Positions 35,888 to 47,370 of a stretch of 64,000 nucleotides of DNA are shown piece after piece. Made by a program: the position numbers and the translations under genes. The notes under the pieces were generated by a model. The model did not search any database and was not told where the DNA came from. It saw only the letters and a program-made list of their open reading frames with translations. The stretch is taken from assembly GCF_000143415.4 (NCBI RefSeq), contig NW_003314288.1, positions 1,904,042 through 1,968,041 of the forward strand. The letters are read 5' to 3'. The DNA comes from Selaginella moellendorffii. Lineage: Eukaryota > Plantae > Lycopodiophyta. Within the stretch, counting starts at the first letter, position 1. Each line of letters opens with the position of its first letter.

Positions 35888-36502
35888 CTGGCAGATTGTG
35901 GACGACGATGGGTTTGTGTACAAGCGAGCGAGACGGGAGGAGGCGGCGGCCATAGAGAAAGTTACAGAAAATGAAGAAGAGGAAGAAGAAGAAGAAGAGG
36001 AAGACGAACTAGACGTTGTGAGTCCAGAGGAACTGCTGGCACAACGGCGAGAACTTCTACTCAAGAAGAAAGAAATGTAAGTTTTCTTTTTTCTCGCGTT
36101 TCATGAGATGTCTCGCACAGGTACGCTACAGAGCTCAGGCTCTGGGACGAACTCCTCTCGAGACAAGAAGAGATAAACGCCGCCACACTTCCTCCATCTC
36201 TTCCTTCGGCGGTGACGGACTCTCCGGCCATCATGCTCGGGGAGCCTCACTACGAACCATACGAAGAACTCTTGCAAGAGGTGTGTTGTGTGTAGATATT
36301 TCTTTTCTGGTAGCACTCCTAACGATTTCGCTTCGTCTCCAAGATCCAAGATCTAGAGTTTTTCATCCAAAAGTACACGAGCTTCTGCGAGAGAGCCGAG
36401 GACATGGTGATGCTGCTCAACGAGAAGATCAAAAACCACAGGTTGCAGCAGCTGCGCAGCCCTCGCCAGATCTTCCTGGAAACGACGACCAGCGCTGACT
36501 AA
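35888..36502 (+). CDS. Conserved uncharacterised plant protein (W.I.DDDGFVYKR type); three visible exons, start codon unresolved
   Basis: DWQIVDDDGFVYKRARREE...LLLKKKEM|YATELRLWDEL...ELLQE|IQDLEFFIQKYTSFCERAE...*; GT-AG introns; stop TAA at 36500-36502. Confidence 0.65.
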
Positions 36503-36850
36503 AACGCTCGCCGATCCGACGGGTGGCACCCGGCCTTGTGACGGACGGCTCACACTAAATATACCAATCGCATATGCCCCCGCCAATTCAAAAAAGCGAG
36601 GGCTTGAGGGGCGCGACTTTTAGCACTCCAAAACCCCTGTGGTGGGGGCCGAGAGGAGGAAGAAGCCATGGATTCACGGATCACTCCCACCGATCAGTTG
36701 CAAACAAATTGGGAGCTGAGGCTGTGACGCGATTAGGATCAAAGAGGAGAGGAATCGAGATCACGCACCAAGGAAAGAGCCCAGAAGAGCGAGCACACCA
36801 GTCTAATCAACCGGATCAAAGAGACAAGGAAGATCTAGCTCCATCCAGCA

Positions 36851-38044
36851 ATGCCTCGCCGACGAGAACGCACGCCCGGCCCGGGCGCCTACAACCAAGA
36901 CCACCGCCCCATCACGCCCTCCTCGCCGGCATTCACCATCGCCGGCAAGCGCACTGGCTCCCTCTACAACGACAGCCCCGGCCCGGGGACATACACACCC
37001 GGCCGACAATACGGCGCCCCGGCATTCACCATCCCCGGCCGCTACTCCGGCCCCTCCGACAACGAGAACCCCGGTCCCGGATCCTACGACACCGACTCCA
37101 ACTTCCTCTACAAGCGCGAGCCGGCCTACACCATCTCCTCCCGCAACCTGGGCAGCCACCGCGACATGAGCCCCGGCCCCGGACAGTACAACGTCCCGCG
37201 CGGGGAACACGGCCCTGCCTTCAGCATTGCCGGCAAGCGCTCCCCGCGGGCGGGGGAACGGTCCCCCGGCCCGGGGGCATACACCGCCGGCGACACCCGC
37301 CCGCGCAGCCCGGCCTACACCATCGCGGGGAAGTCGTCGCGTGTCGGCGGGGAGCAGACACCCGGGCCGGGGGCATATACCCCCGGCCCGGTGTCCAGGG
37401 GACCGGCCTTCACCATGCCGTTCCGGCGGGACTGGAAGCCCGGTGACCAGGGCCCTGGGCCCGGGCAGTACGAGTTTGAGACCGGGATCAAGGCCACCAC
37501 CAAGAGGATGCCGGCCTTCTCGATCGCTAGCAAGAGGGACTCGCGGATCTCGGAGCCGGGGCCGGGGCCCGGGACTTACACGCCGAGGACGAGGATCGCG
37601 CTGGACGCGCCGCCGGCCTACAGCATCGCCGGGAGGAGGGAGGTGAAGAACTTACACCCCACTCCCGGGCCTGGATCTTACAATGCCGACGAGAGGCTCC
37701 ACAGCCCGGCCTTCACCATCGCCGGGAAGAGGCCCAAGGGGCTCGGGGACAGCAACCCCGGGCCGGGAGCTTACACGCCGCGAGATATGTACAGCCCGCC
37801 GGCGTTTTCCATGGCGAGGAGGAGGCAGGACGGGCTGACGAGCCACACCCCCGGCCCGGCTCACTACCAGCCCAACGATTGCCTGTACAATGTGAGCAAG
37901 AAGCCGCCAGCTTTCTCAATGGGGATGAGGTACCTGAGGAGCGCCGGGGACGAGAGCCCCGGGCCGGGGTCGTATCGGTTGACAAAGTTGGACCGGGGAC
38001 CGGCGTTTGGGATGGGCAAGGCCGAGAGGTTCGACGAGGACTGA
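36851..38044 (+). CDS. ODF3: ODF3/SHIPPO-repeat (sperm-tail PG-rich repeat) ciliary protein, intronless
   Basis: 12 repeats of PA(F/Y)(T/S)I...(S/T)PGPGxY across 397 aa. Confidence 0.88.
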   Translation: MPRRRERTPGPGAYNQDHRPITPSSPAFTIAGKRTGSLYNDSPGPGTYTPGRQYGAPAFTIPGRYSGPSDNENPGPGSYDTDSNFLYKREPAYTISSRNLGSHRDMSPGPGQYNVPRGEHGPAFSIAGKRSPRAGERSPGPGAYTAGDTRPRSPAYTIAGKSSRVGGEQTPGPGAYTPGPVSRGPAFTMPFRRDWKPGDQGPGPGQYEFETGIKATTKRMPAFSIASKRDSRISEPGPGPGTYTPRTRIALDAPPAYSIAGRREVKNLHPTPGPGSYNADERLHSPAFTIAGKRPKGLGDSNPGPGAYTPRDMYSPPAFSMARRRQDGLTSHTPGPAHYQPNDCLYNVSKKPPAFSMGMRYLRSAGDESPGPGSYRLTKLDRGPAFGMGKAERFDED

Positions 38045-38408
38045 TCAAGGCGGTGGTGCTGTTTTGGCAACGTAAGCTCTGTTAACAAAAGGTTGGTTTT
38101 GATGAAAGAAACTTGCAAAAAAGAAAGCTCACCTCCTCCTGTGCTGCATTGCTCATTCAAGTTTGTTCCTCGGATCGGTTTCTCTCAAGCAGGCCAACGG
38201 AATGGAGGTTGTAGTCCGTCGACTGGGATGATCGTTGTTCTTGGTAGCTCCCTCGGTGAGACAAACAAAAGTTTTAGTTCTTTACACCTTCTAGCAGCCT
38301 GAGCGCAACCACGTGTCCGCGCCACTTGTCAAGAGCACAACCACATTATACTTGCTCAAATCGCCTGAGAGAACAAGTTTTAGCATTGCAAGAAAGAAAG
38401 AAATAAAG

Positions 38409-39822
38409 ATGGGATCCTCACCAGCGGTTTCCAATGCCGTGTTCAAGGAGATTTCTCGCAGAGCCGTCCCCATCTCCCTCCACAATCCAGCTCGTGATCT
38501 TGCGCCTCTCATCGAACGCATCGCCAAGGCCAAGGTGGTGATGCTCGGCGAGGCCACGCACGGGACGCGCGAGTTCTACGAGTGGCGTCGCATCATCTCC
38601 GAGATCCTCATTGCCAACCACGGCTTCACCACCCTCAGCATCGAAGGCGACTGGCCACCGTGCCAAGAAGTCAACCGCTTCATCACCAAAAAGGTGAGTT
38701 CTTCCGCTAGTGCCGAGGAGCTCCTTGCAAAGTCATTCAGGCGATGGCCGACTTGGATGTGGGCCAACGACGAGTTCCGGGCGATGGTGGAGTGGATGAA
38801 GGAGTTCAACAGCACCCGACTGGACCGTGAGTCTCAGGTTCGTCTCTTCGGTCTGGATGTCTACTCGCTGTTCGACTCCATCGCGATTGTTCTGGACGAA
38901 GTGGCCAAGATTGACCCCGCTCTAGCTGAGAAAGCTAAGCATCACTACGCATGTTTCGATCCCTTCGAGGCAAACGAGGAAGAGTACCTGCAGTCCTTGG
39001 TGGAGTTCCCGGAGGGATGCCAGGCCGAAGCTCTCAGAGTTCTCAAGGATCTTCTGAAGAAGAGGATCGACGAAGAGACGGCAGCAGCGGATGGCGATGT
39101 CGTGTTTGATGCGCAACAAAACGCCAGGATCGTCCGGAACGCCGAGAGTTACTATCGGGCAATGGTGTATGGAAATGAGGACTCGTGGAACGTCCGCGAG
39201 AGCCACATGATGGAGACACTGGACCTGCTGCTGAAGACGAGGCCTCACAACAAGCTCATTGTCTGGGCTCACAACACCCACATCGGAGACTACCGCGCCA
39301 CCAACATGCGTAAGATGGGCCAGGTACTCGAGTTCTTTTTCTTCTCGTCACCTTTCAGCTTCCGACTTCCAGGTGAACATCGGCGGCCTGGTTCGTGAGA
39401 AATACGGTGAAAGTCAGGTAGCACTCGTAGGATTCGGTACCTTTAAAGGCTCGGTCATTGCTTCGTCCAAGTGGGCTGGTCCCATCCTGCAACTTCGTGT
39501 TCCGGAGGGCCGAGATGGCAGCTACGAGATGATAATCCGCGAGGCGGCTCAGCAGGAGAAAATTCCCGGCGACGCTTTCTACCTCCTGCTTGACGATTCG
39601 GAGGCAAGAAAAGTCCAGCACTGTCTATCAGAATGGAGAGGCCAGAGGGCCATAGGCGTGGTATATGATCCAAAGAAAGAAAAGTGGGGAAATTACGTAC
39701 CAACAATGTTGGCAAAGAGGTACGATGCTTTCATCTATATTCACGAGACCAAGGCGTTGAGGCCCCTTGGTGTGACGCCTGACCTTCACGTGCTTCCTGA
39801 AACTTATCCGAGTGGTCAGTAG
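38409..39822 (+). CDS. Erythromycin esterase-family (Ere-like) hydrolase, two exons (38409-39323, 39373-39822)
   Basis: LGEATHGTREFY, IEGDWP, RWPTWMWAN, GLDVYSL, SWNVRESHM, VWAHNTHIGDYRAT, QRAIGVVY, RYDAFIYI, PETYPSG; 49-nt phase-0 GT-AG intron at 39324-39372. Confidence 0.88.
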
Positions 39823-39966
39823 AATGAGAATTCTGAAAAAACGCAAAACAGGAGTGTGTGTATTTAACAAAAGCTTGTCTTCGAGGTTTTTCCATACCGT
39901 GAAATGGAGTTCTCTCTTTTTTTGCTACACATACCCGTGTCAGTTTCTATGCTTTTCTCTACTTTC

Positions 39967-41625
39967 TTATGCGCTTCGCCTCTGTCTAATAAGACCAGGG
40001 ATCTGCCAAGCTCCGGTTAGATAAATGGTTTTCATCGGAAAAAGGCTTACATCAATACCGTGCGCACCGATGCGGTTTCGAGCAACAAATGTAAGTACAA
40101 GAGACGAAAATTCTTCGGGCACGTCTTCCTGTTCAAGAATGTTCCAATCAACAAACTATAGAGCAGAAAACAAAAGAATGTTTTTACCTGTATCGCGTGA
40201 CCAGTGTGACGGACTACAATCATTTGAAACTTGCCTTGCATTTGTCCAATGGTAAGGGATCTGAAGCAATTATACGTTTGAGTGACATCGAAAGCAACTT
40301 CAAACATGCATACTTATCCAAACGGTCTGTTCCAGCCAGCAAGAGAACTTTTGCGACTGGTGCCGACAGAAAAATATCCGACAAACCTTCATACCTGCAA
40401 AGTAAAATAATCTCTTCAAAAATGGAAACAGTGTTTGTGCAAAAATGCAAATACCAGCCTCTCCAATGTCGTTCACTCTTTTCCAACGGTGTAAGCCACA
40501 CGTAACTGCAGGCAGAATAGATTGAACTGAAGCAAAAGAAAAAGCAAAAAAATAAATAAAAAATGAAACCGACCATTTTCTTTCTTCATTGTATTTCAAT
40601 GTTGGGGGGATCGAGACTCGAGCTGAGTCGATGTTCCTAAGCGAACCTCCTTTCACATTCCATTCTATCTGAACAAGCAAGTAAGGTATGATTTTACACT
40701 GGCCTTTTAGCTTACAGCTTTTTCAACACTGGGAAATGCTGGCGGACGGTTGGACAATAGTTTTTGCATATGTATCAAAGAAGCTATAGCTGTACCCTGG
40801 ACAAAGGAAATTATGAAGCTGGTATACAAGTTTTATCTCTTCTTACCTCTACGACATCGACGACAATAAGCCCGGCCAGCGTTCGAAGAACTCTTTTTGC
40901 AGCAACCCGAGTAGCAATCGCACCCCCCATGCTGGTAAAAAAAAACCAATTTAATAAATATCTCCGTAGCACTAGCAGCAAACCTGTGTCCGATTAACAC
41001 AATAGATGGTGGATCGTTTTTGTACATGGTCCTGATAACGTCGAGAACATCTTGGCATAAAGTCTGTGGAGGAACTTTTAGAAATAATATTGTCATGAAG
41101 ATCCTACCTCGGCAGATAAATCTAAGTCATCACTTGTGCGTGTCGAGCCATGACCTCGCATATCCATCGCAGCAACCTTGACTTTCTCTTTTAACATTCT
41201 TGCGGACAGCGCAAAAGATAGCCTGTAGGAAGAAAATCACAAGAGAAATCTAGAGAATTCATCGATGCTAAAGTTACCCGGAGGATCCGCCTCCGTGCAA
41301 ACAAAAAAGAACCGGTCCTTGTGTGCCCGCCAAGTAGACGTGAAAACTCTGTAGCAAATGCGAGGTCAAAAACAGGAAGAAAAAGAAACGAAGACGCGGC
41401 TCACATCTTGACCGATTTCAACATCTAGTTCCTCGTCGAAGTAATCTGTCCAAGGCAGAGCTCCAAATTTGCTCCTGGAGCTCCTGGGAAAGCAAATATT
41501 TGAGCCGAGAAAGCAAGCCAAAATCTCTCCACTTACCCCCAGGTTGGAATGCCGCTCGTCCCAGCACCGCCAGGCGATTGATCTTCCTCCCCGATCACTG
41601 GCGCCATCGCTGCGGCATCGGCCAT
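39967..41625 (-). CDS. PPME1: Protein phosphatase methylesterase 1 (PP2A demethylase, alpha/beta hydrolase)
   Basis: WTDYFD, LHGGGSSGLSF, DMRGHG, GHSMGG, DVVEGTA, SARVS, LLLAGTDRLD, LTIGQMQGKFQ, GHAIQED. Confidence 0.93.
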
Positions 41626-41896
41626 TCTCCAAAAACCCTAGAGATTTAATTGTAGAAGAAACAGAGTTCGAATCCCTTGAAGAAAGTGATCATATAAACG
41701 CACCGTCGGATGAAACAAATCGACGGACGTGATTTGACCGTTATGATGCGCAATAGGGCTTGGCTCTGGGAGGTAGGCGATCAATCACATTCACTACTCT
41801 CCCTAGATGCCGATCGCGCAGGAAAATCGCTCCTCGCAGCTGCATTCTCGATCGGGCTCTAGATTAGATTGGAAGAAGATCGATCCAGGGCAGTAG

Positions 41897-44800
41897 ATGT
41901 CTCACGCTATGACGTGTTTGGATTCCCTGGACAGCCGGGAAGAGGAGCGATCCTTGAGGGGGAAGAACAGTGGCAGCAACGCTGGGACGTTGGACGAGCT
42001 AAATTTCTCCCACATCTTCGACTACAATGCGATCGAGCAAATCGCCAATGGGCTGGAGAAGATGGTCCAGTCCTGGAGCACTGCCCAGGAGGAGCGCGCA
42101 CAGGAGTATGTCCGGGTCTCGGTTTCGCTGGAAGACGATGACTCCTCCACGAAGAAAATCCCGGAAGCTCTCGACTTAAACTCGCTCAAGAACATGGACG
42201 AGTATGTGGAGGTCGCCCCGCCGCCAATGTCCGCCAGTGCTACTACCGCGACGATCAAGCCATCCTCCAAGAATTTCTCGAGGATTTCTCCGGCCGAGAA
42301 GAAGCTTTCTTCTTCCACGGCGAAAGCTTCCAGCTGGGAGAAGGAAAAATCCGACTTTGTTCCTCTATCTGAGAGGAAGGTTTCGCCACAGCCACCAAAG
42401 GCCGCGCCTTCTCCAGGACAGAGGTTTGGAGCTGGGATCACGAACAGGATCTCTGGCGGCTTCCAAAAGCCTGCCTCGCCATTCGAGAAGGAGATTAGCA
42501 GCGCTAGACCGGACTTTCTAAGCTCCATTCGCGGCGTGAACAAGCAAAAGGTGGTGGAACAGGAAAATGGTCGATATACTCCGAGGAAGAGCTCCCCCGA
42601 GGTGGCAACTTCTACAGCCAGTTCTCCGACCAGGCCTGAAGCTGGCCCGAGGAGGAACTTCCAGTGCCAGCTTCACAGGGATGCGAGCAATTCTCCTAAC
42701 AGGGTTGAAATGAGCCCGAAGAGGAACTTCCCGAGCCAACTTCACAGGGAAGTAAGCACTGCAAGCAGCTCTCCAAATCGGTCTGAAGTGAGCCCGAGGA
42801 GGAACTTCCCGAGGCAGTTTCAGAGGGAAGTAAGCACTGCAAGCAGTTCTCCAAACCGGTCTGAAGTGAGCCCGAGGAGGAACTTCGCGAGCCAACTTCA
42901 CAGGGAAGCAAGCACTGCAAGGAGTTCTCCAAGCCGGTGTGAAGTGAGGGACTTCCCGAGCCCGCTTCACAGGGAAGTGAGCACTGGGAGTATTTCTCCA
43001 AACAGGTCTGAAGTTATAAGCCCGAGGAGGAACTTCCCGTGTCAACTTCACAGGGAAGTGAGCCCGAGGAGGAACTTGTCGTGCCAAGTTCACGGTAGAG
43101 AACCGAGTCCTCCAAAAGGAGTCCCTCTGGAATCCAGTTTTGCGAGCTATGCGCAGCAGCACCAGAACGTAGACACTACTCCGAAGAGCTTCGTCAGTCT
43201 TAGCCCCGAGAGGAGCTTCGTCCAACCGAGCAATGGTTTCGAGACTTACAGTGACGCGGTGGAGATGCAAAGGGTGTACATCGATGTGGCTACAAACTTG
43301 GAGAGAGCTTTCTCTCAAAAAGAATGTAGTGCCAGGGACGCGAATGCTGGTGACAATTCTGCGACAACGACGAAGCTTTTCCAAGATTGTAGCACGGTAA
43401 CATCTAGTCCAGCGCAGAAGAATGAAACGAGTAGGGAGTCTCTGGAACTTCAAAACTCGTCGACACTTCTCTCGACACGGCAGAGCGTCCCCGAGGAGAG
43501 GAGCAGTAGAAACACCATCAACTTGAACGAGTCCGAGAGATTTACGATTGAAGACGTTCCTGAGTTCCAAGGGGATTGCAGTGGAAAGTATTCGGCAAGA
43601 AGCAGTCCTACAAAGCAGGATGCCGAGCCGGAGCAACCACAGCATTGCAAGGAAGAACAAGCCGACGATACTTTCATCACCTCCTCGAGTTACTGGCGTG
43701 TTGAGCCCGAGGCTCTGAACGCCGAGGTGGGACAAAGAGATGAAACCAGCGAGAAACAGCAGCCAAGGTCGCAAGAGTGCTCATATGTGAACGAGGCGTT
43801 GTACGAAAAGGCCGACTTCACAGCTGAGAGACCTTTGAAAAGAAAAAAGGAGACTTTGGAGGTGGTGCGAAATGCCGCAGGATACGAGTCCGAGTTTGAG
43901 ATGCATGAGTCTGCCGATTTCCCGTTCTTGATGGACAATGGCCACCCCGCTATAAGTGAAACCATTTTCATCGGTAAGACGTCGAAGCTCTCTTTTTTTT
44001 CGTTTCCGCTAACAAACTCTTGTGTTTTACAACAGCCGAGGATTGTTTTGAGCCTGTGCCGACCAGACAATTCCCCACATTTGTTAACGTCCCGGCACCG
44101 ATTGAGCTGGTATCTTCTATTCTTCCTGACGACCTTGTGTTTCGCAATTATATCTCACTCGCAGGATTTTGACGAATCGAAAGAAGCGTACAAGAGCAAA
44201 GTCGAGGAGCTTCAAATCGCTTTGCTAGAGTGTGCTGCAGAGTACGAAGTAAAGGTATGATTTTGTTTACCATATCTTTGTGCTGATTGTGAGGCCACAG
44301 ATGGTTGAAATGGAAATGAAAATGCTGCAAATGAAGTCCAAGTGCCAGGGCCTGGAACAAGAGTTACCGCAGTCTACAGGAAAGTCGGAGAAGGTATTCC
44401 AGTTGGCTTACGCACACGAGGCACTGACAAGGATTGAAAAGATCTCTGGACAGGAATGGACTACGAAACGGCTAGAAAACTACCGGAAGCAAAATCTTAA
44501 GCTGCAGCGGGAGAAGGAAATCATGTCCAGGGACATGGTGGAGCTCAGAAAAAAGGAAAGGTTTGGAACTTCGATCGTCACTTAGCTATCGACTGAGAAC
44601 ATACATTTTGCAGGCAACTGGATTTGTTACGGAAGAACTTGGAGGATTCATTGCAGAAAGTGAACTCTCTTCAAAGGTGATCATATCTTCATTGCGGTCG
44701 TAATTGTTTCTCCTCAACATACATTTGTGTGTCCATGACAGGGAGCTCGTGAAGAAGGAAGAGGAACTCGTTGATAGCCAGCTCAAAGAGAAGGAAGCCA

Positions 44801-45368
44801 GGGCCCATGTTTATCAAGTGGAGGCCACTTTGCAGCAAGCTGAAGCGTCGCAGATCGACCAGGGCTGTGTTGTGAGCTTGGTCATGGCGCTCAACCAGTG
44901 GTTGCAAAACGTGAAAAAGGTATGGTGATTCGTTCTCGTTTTTCTTTGAAGAACTTGATTTTTGGTTTCTCCAGCAGGCAGGCCTTGTCAAGTTTGATCC
45001 TCGGCATCAGCTCCAGGTATGGATTTTCCTATACTATGCAGCAACTTATCTCTAAATCCCTATAGATCCAACAATACGAAGACAGCCTCGCGAAGCTTTT
45101 GGACGAATACATTCCTCCAAAGGCGATACAGAACCTGATGACGAGGTCCAATCCCTCCCACGAAATTCAAAACGCTGGTGGCGATTTCAAGGGGAATTTC
45201 TACCTGGAAGATGCTCCAGTAGCAATTCCCCCATCGCCACCACTGCCACCGCCGCCACAGCAGGATTGTAGCAGCGTTTCTCCTCTTCGAGACAACAAGC
45301 GAGACAAAGAAGTCCAAGCTTTGCAAAACGAGCTCGAGAAACTGGCTTGCCGAAGAGCCACATTTTAA
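41897..45368 (+). CDS. Large protein of unknown function: Ser/Pro-rich disordered N-terminus with tandem repeats and a spliced coiled-coil C-terminus
   Basis: Long first exon (>2 kb ORF), then short GT-AG exons encoding heptad-rich segments (KVEELQIALLE, KLQREKE, ELVKKEEEL, EVQALQNELEKL). Confidence 0.7.
42620..43110 (+). repeat. Coding tandem repeat, about 6-7 units of 69-81 nt (core HREVSTASSSPNRSEVSPRRNFPSQL)
   Basis: Recurrent CTTCACAGGGAAGT...AGCCCGAGGAGGAACTTC, all in frame. Confidence 0.9.
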
Positions 45369-45514
45369 ATGCAAAAGCGCGGGAGATGAGATCCCAGCCG
45401 TTGAACAGCAACGCATCTCCCCCGTCCGTTGAGCAAAAGAGATCTCGCCCGTCCGTTTGCCAAGAAGAAACCCTAGGTGGAGATCCCAAACGGCAATGGA
45501 AGAACCCTAAAGAG

Positions 45515-45817
45515 ATGGGGAATCCACCCAAGAAGGACATCGCCAAGCAGCAAAATCAATCGCCGGAGAAGCCGCTGCCCAAGGAGCTGTCCCTGGATCG
45601 CAAATGCGAGGCTTGCTGCGAGATCACGCTCAAGCGCATTGTCTACTCAGGCTTCGGCGGCCTCCTCGCGTCGCTCGTCTTGTTCAGATCTCCCAGCTCC
45701 AGATGGTCGGCCATGGCTTTCTCGCTGGGATTGGGCGCCGGATCCGCCTACACGGATTGTTCTTACATGATGAACGGGATTCCAAAGTGGCCGCTGCCTC
45801 CACAACTAAAAAAGTAG
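45515..45817 (+). CDS. MIC10: MICOS complex subunit MIC10
   Basis: LDRKCEAC..ITLKRIVYS..GG..SLVLFRSPSSRWS.MAF..GLGAGSAYTDCS; GxGxG motif. Confidence 0.88.
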   Translation: MGNPPKKDIAKQQNQSPEKPLPKELSLDRKCEACCEITLKRIVYSGFGGLLASLVLFRSPSSRWSAMAFSLGLGAGSAYTDCSYMMNGIPKWPLPPQLKK

Positions 45818-45861
45818 AAGGTTTTTTTTTTGGATCCCTCTTTTGAGCATCTCCTTGTGAA

Positions 45862-47346
45862 TTGGATTGTTTCCCAGAGAATTTTTCTTCTTTGCTCTCT
45901 TACCCGATCGATCCATCAATAGGTCGCGTGAGGATCCCAGCGATCCATCAGCTGGAGAGTAGGATCGAGCAATGCAGGTCATCCCAGGCATTCCACCAGC
46001 AGCTGCTCGAGAGCGATCGCTGGCGCCGCGATCGCTACCTCGCCAATCTCCTGTTGACAAGGTATGGGCGATCAGGCAGCGCAGCCGGCGCGCGCGAGAT
46101 CTTCGATGCGATGGCGTGCCGCAATGTCTTCTCCTGGAACGCTCTGCTCGCGGCGTATGCCCGGAATGGGCATATTGCCGCGGCCAGGGCGATCTTTGCG
46201 CTCTTCCCTGCGCACGATGTGGTGTCCTGGAACACGCTGCTGGAGGTTCTTCCGTGCGATAGCGCAAGGGATTTCTTCTTGGCGATGCCCCAGAGGGACG
46301 AGATCTCCTGGAACACAATGTGCTCTTCGCTTGGAGATTTGGGCATCTCTTTGGTCTTCTTCCAGCTCGCGCCTTGGCACAGCGCCCGGGCAGCCACCGC
46401 CTTGATCACGCTCCTCGCTGAGAGCGGTCAGTTCGATCGAGCGAAATGCTGCTTCGATTCTATGCCGCAGCGCGACGAGATCGCCTGGGCGAGCATGATC
46501 CACGCGCTATCTCTCGCTGGAGATCTGGATCTTGTGACCCTGATGTTCGCTAGAGTTCCTCAAAGAAGCTCTTTTTCTTGGAACACGATGATTAAAATCC
46601 ACGGCCAATGCGGCCGGCTGGAGGACGCAGTCACGCTTTTCGATCAAATGCCCGAGCCAACAGCGGCCTCCTGGACGATCTTGATCGCGGCCCACGCGCA
46701 GCGCAAGCAGCTGGATCGATCCAGGTCGCTCTTCGACGGTATGCCTTCCAAAAACATCGCGGCGTGGACGGCTCTACTCGACGGCTGCTCGATCGCCGGG
46801 CTTCTCGATCATGCGGCGGCTGTCTACGCGAAGATGCCGCAACATGACCAGATTTCAATGAGCGCGCACCTCACGGCACACGCTAGGTCGGGATGTCTAG
46901 ATCGAGCGCGAGAAATCCACGAATCCATACCCGAGCCCTGCATTTCCGCGATGAATGCTCTCATCCAGGCGCACGCCCAAGCCGGTCGGCTCCAGTGCGC
47001 GCTCTCGCTGCTCCAATCGCTGATCCTGGAGGGATCCATGCCCAACGAGCGGACCTACATTGGAATCCTTGCGGGCTACTGCTACTCCGGGAAGATTGAC
47101 ACTGGCCGCGACTGCTTCATCTCAATGATATCGGATCACGGGATCTCACCCTGCGAAGATCACTACGCGTGTATGATCCATCTCATGGGTCGCGCCAATC
47201 GGCAGGGAGACGCCCAGGAACTGATCGAGAAAATGCCCTTTCGCGCGAGCGAGATCGAATGGACATCGCTTCTGGATTGGTCGCATATCCATTCTTCGCT
47301 GGGTATATTTAAATTTGAATTTTCGCGCTATTCTCTACTGAGTTGA
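45862..47346 (+). CDS. PPR protein of short (31-aa) repeats with a truncated E domain; no ATG at the ORF start
   Basis: ARxIFDxMP / VVSWN repeats; PCEDHYACMIHLMGRAN..DAQELIEKMPF; the ORF opens at TTG and the first ATG is at 46111. Confidence 0.75.
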   Translation: MDCFPENFSSLLSYPIDPSIGRVRIPAIHQLESRIEQCRSSQAFHQQLLESDRWRRDRYLANLLLTRYGRSGSAAGAREIFDAMACRNVFSWNALLAAYARNGHIAAARAIFALFPAHDVVSWNTLLEVLPCDSARDFFLAMPQRDEISWNTMCSSLGDLGISLVFFQLAPWHSARAATALITLLAESGQFDRAKCCFDSMPQRDEIAWASMIHALSLAGDLDLVTLMFARVPQRSSFSWNTMIKIHGQCGRLEDAVTLFDQMPEPTAASWTILIAAHAQRKQLDRSRSLFDGMPSKNIAAWTALLDGCSIAGLLDHAAAVYAKMPQHDQISMSAHLTAHARSGCLDRAREIHESIPEPCISAMNALIQAHAQAGRLQCALSLLQSLILEGSMPNERTYIGILAGYCYSGKIDTGRDCFISMISDHGISPCEDHYACMIHLMGRANRQGDAQELIEKMPFRASEIEWTSLLDWSHIHSSLGIFKFEFSRYSLLS

Positions 47347-47370
47347 AGATTAGGGCCATTCGCTCTTGCG

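Noticed and set aside
38409-39822. Bacterial contamination, or a proven macrolide-resistance gene
   Set aside because: A GT-AG intron and contiguous plant genes argue against contamination; many family members do not hydrolyse erythromycin, so resistance cannot be claimed
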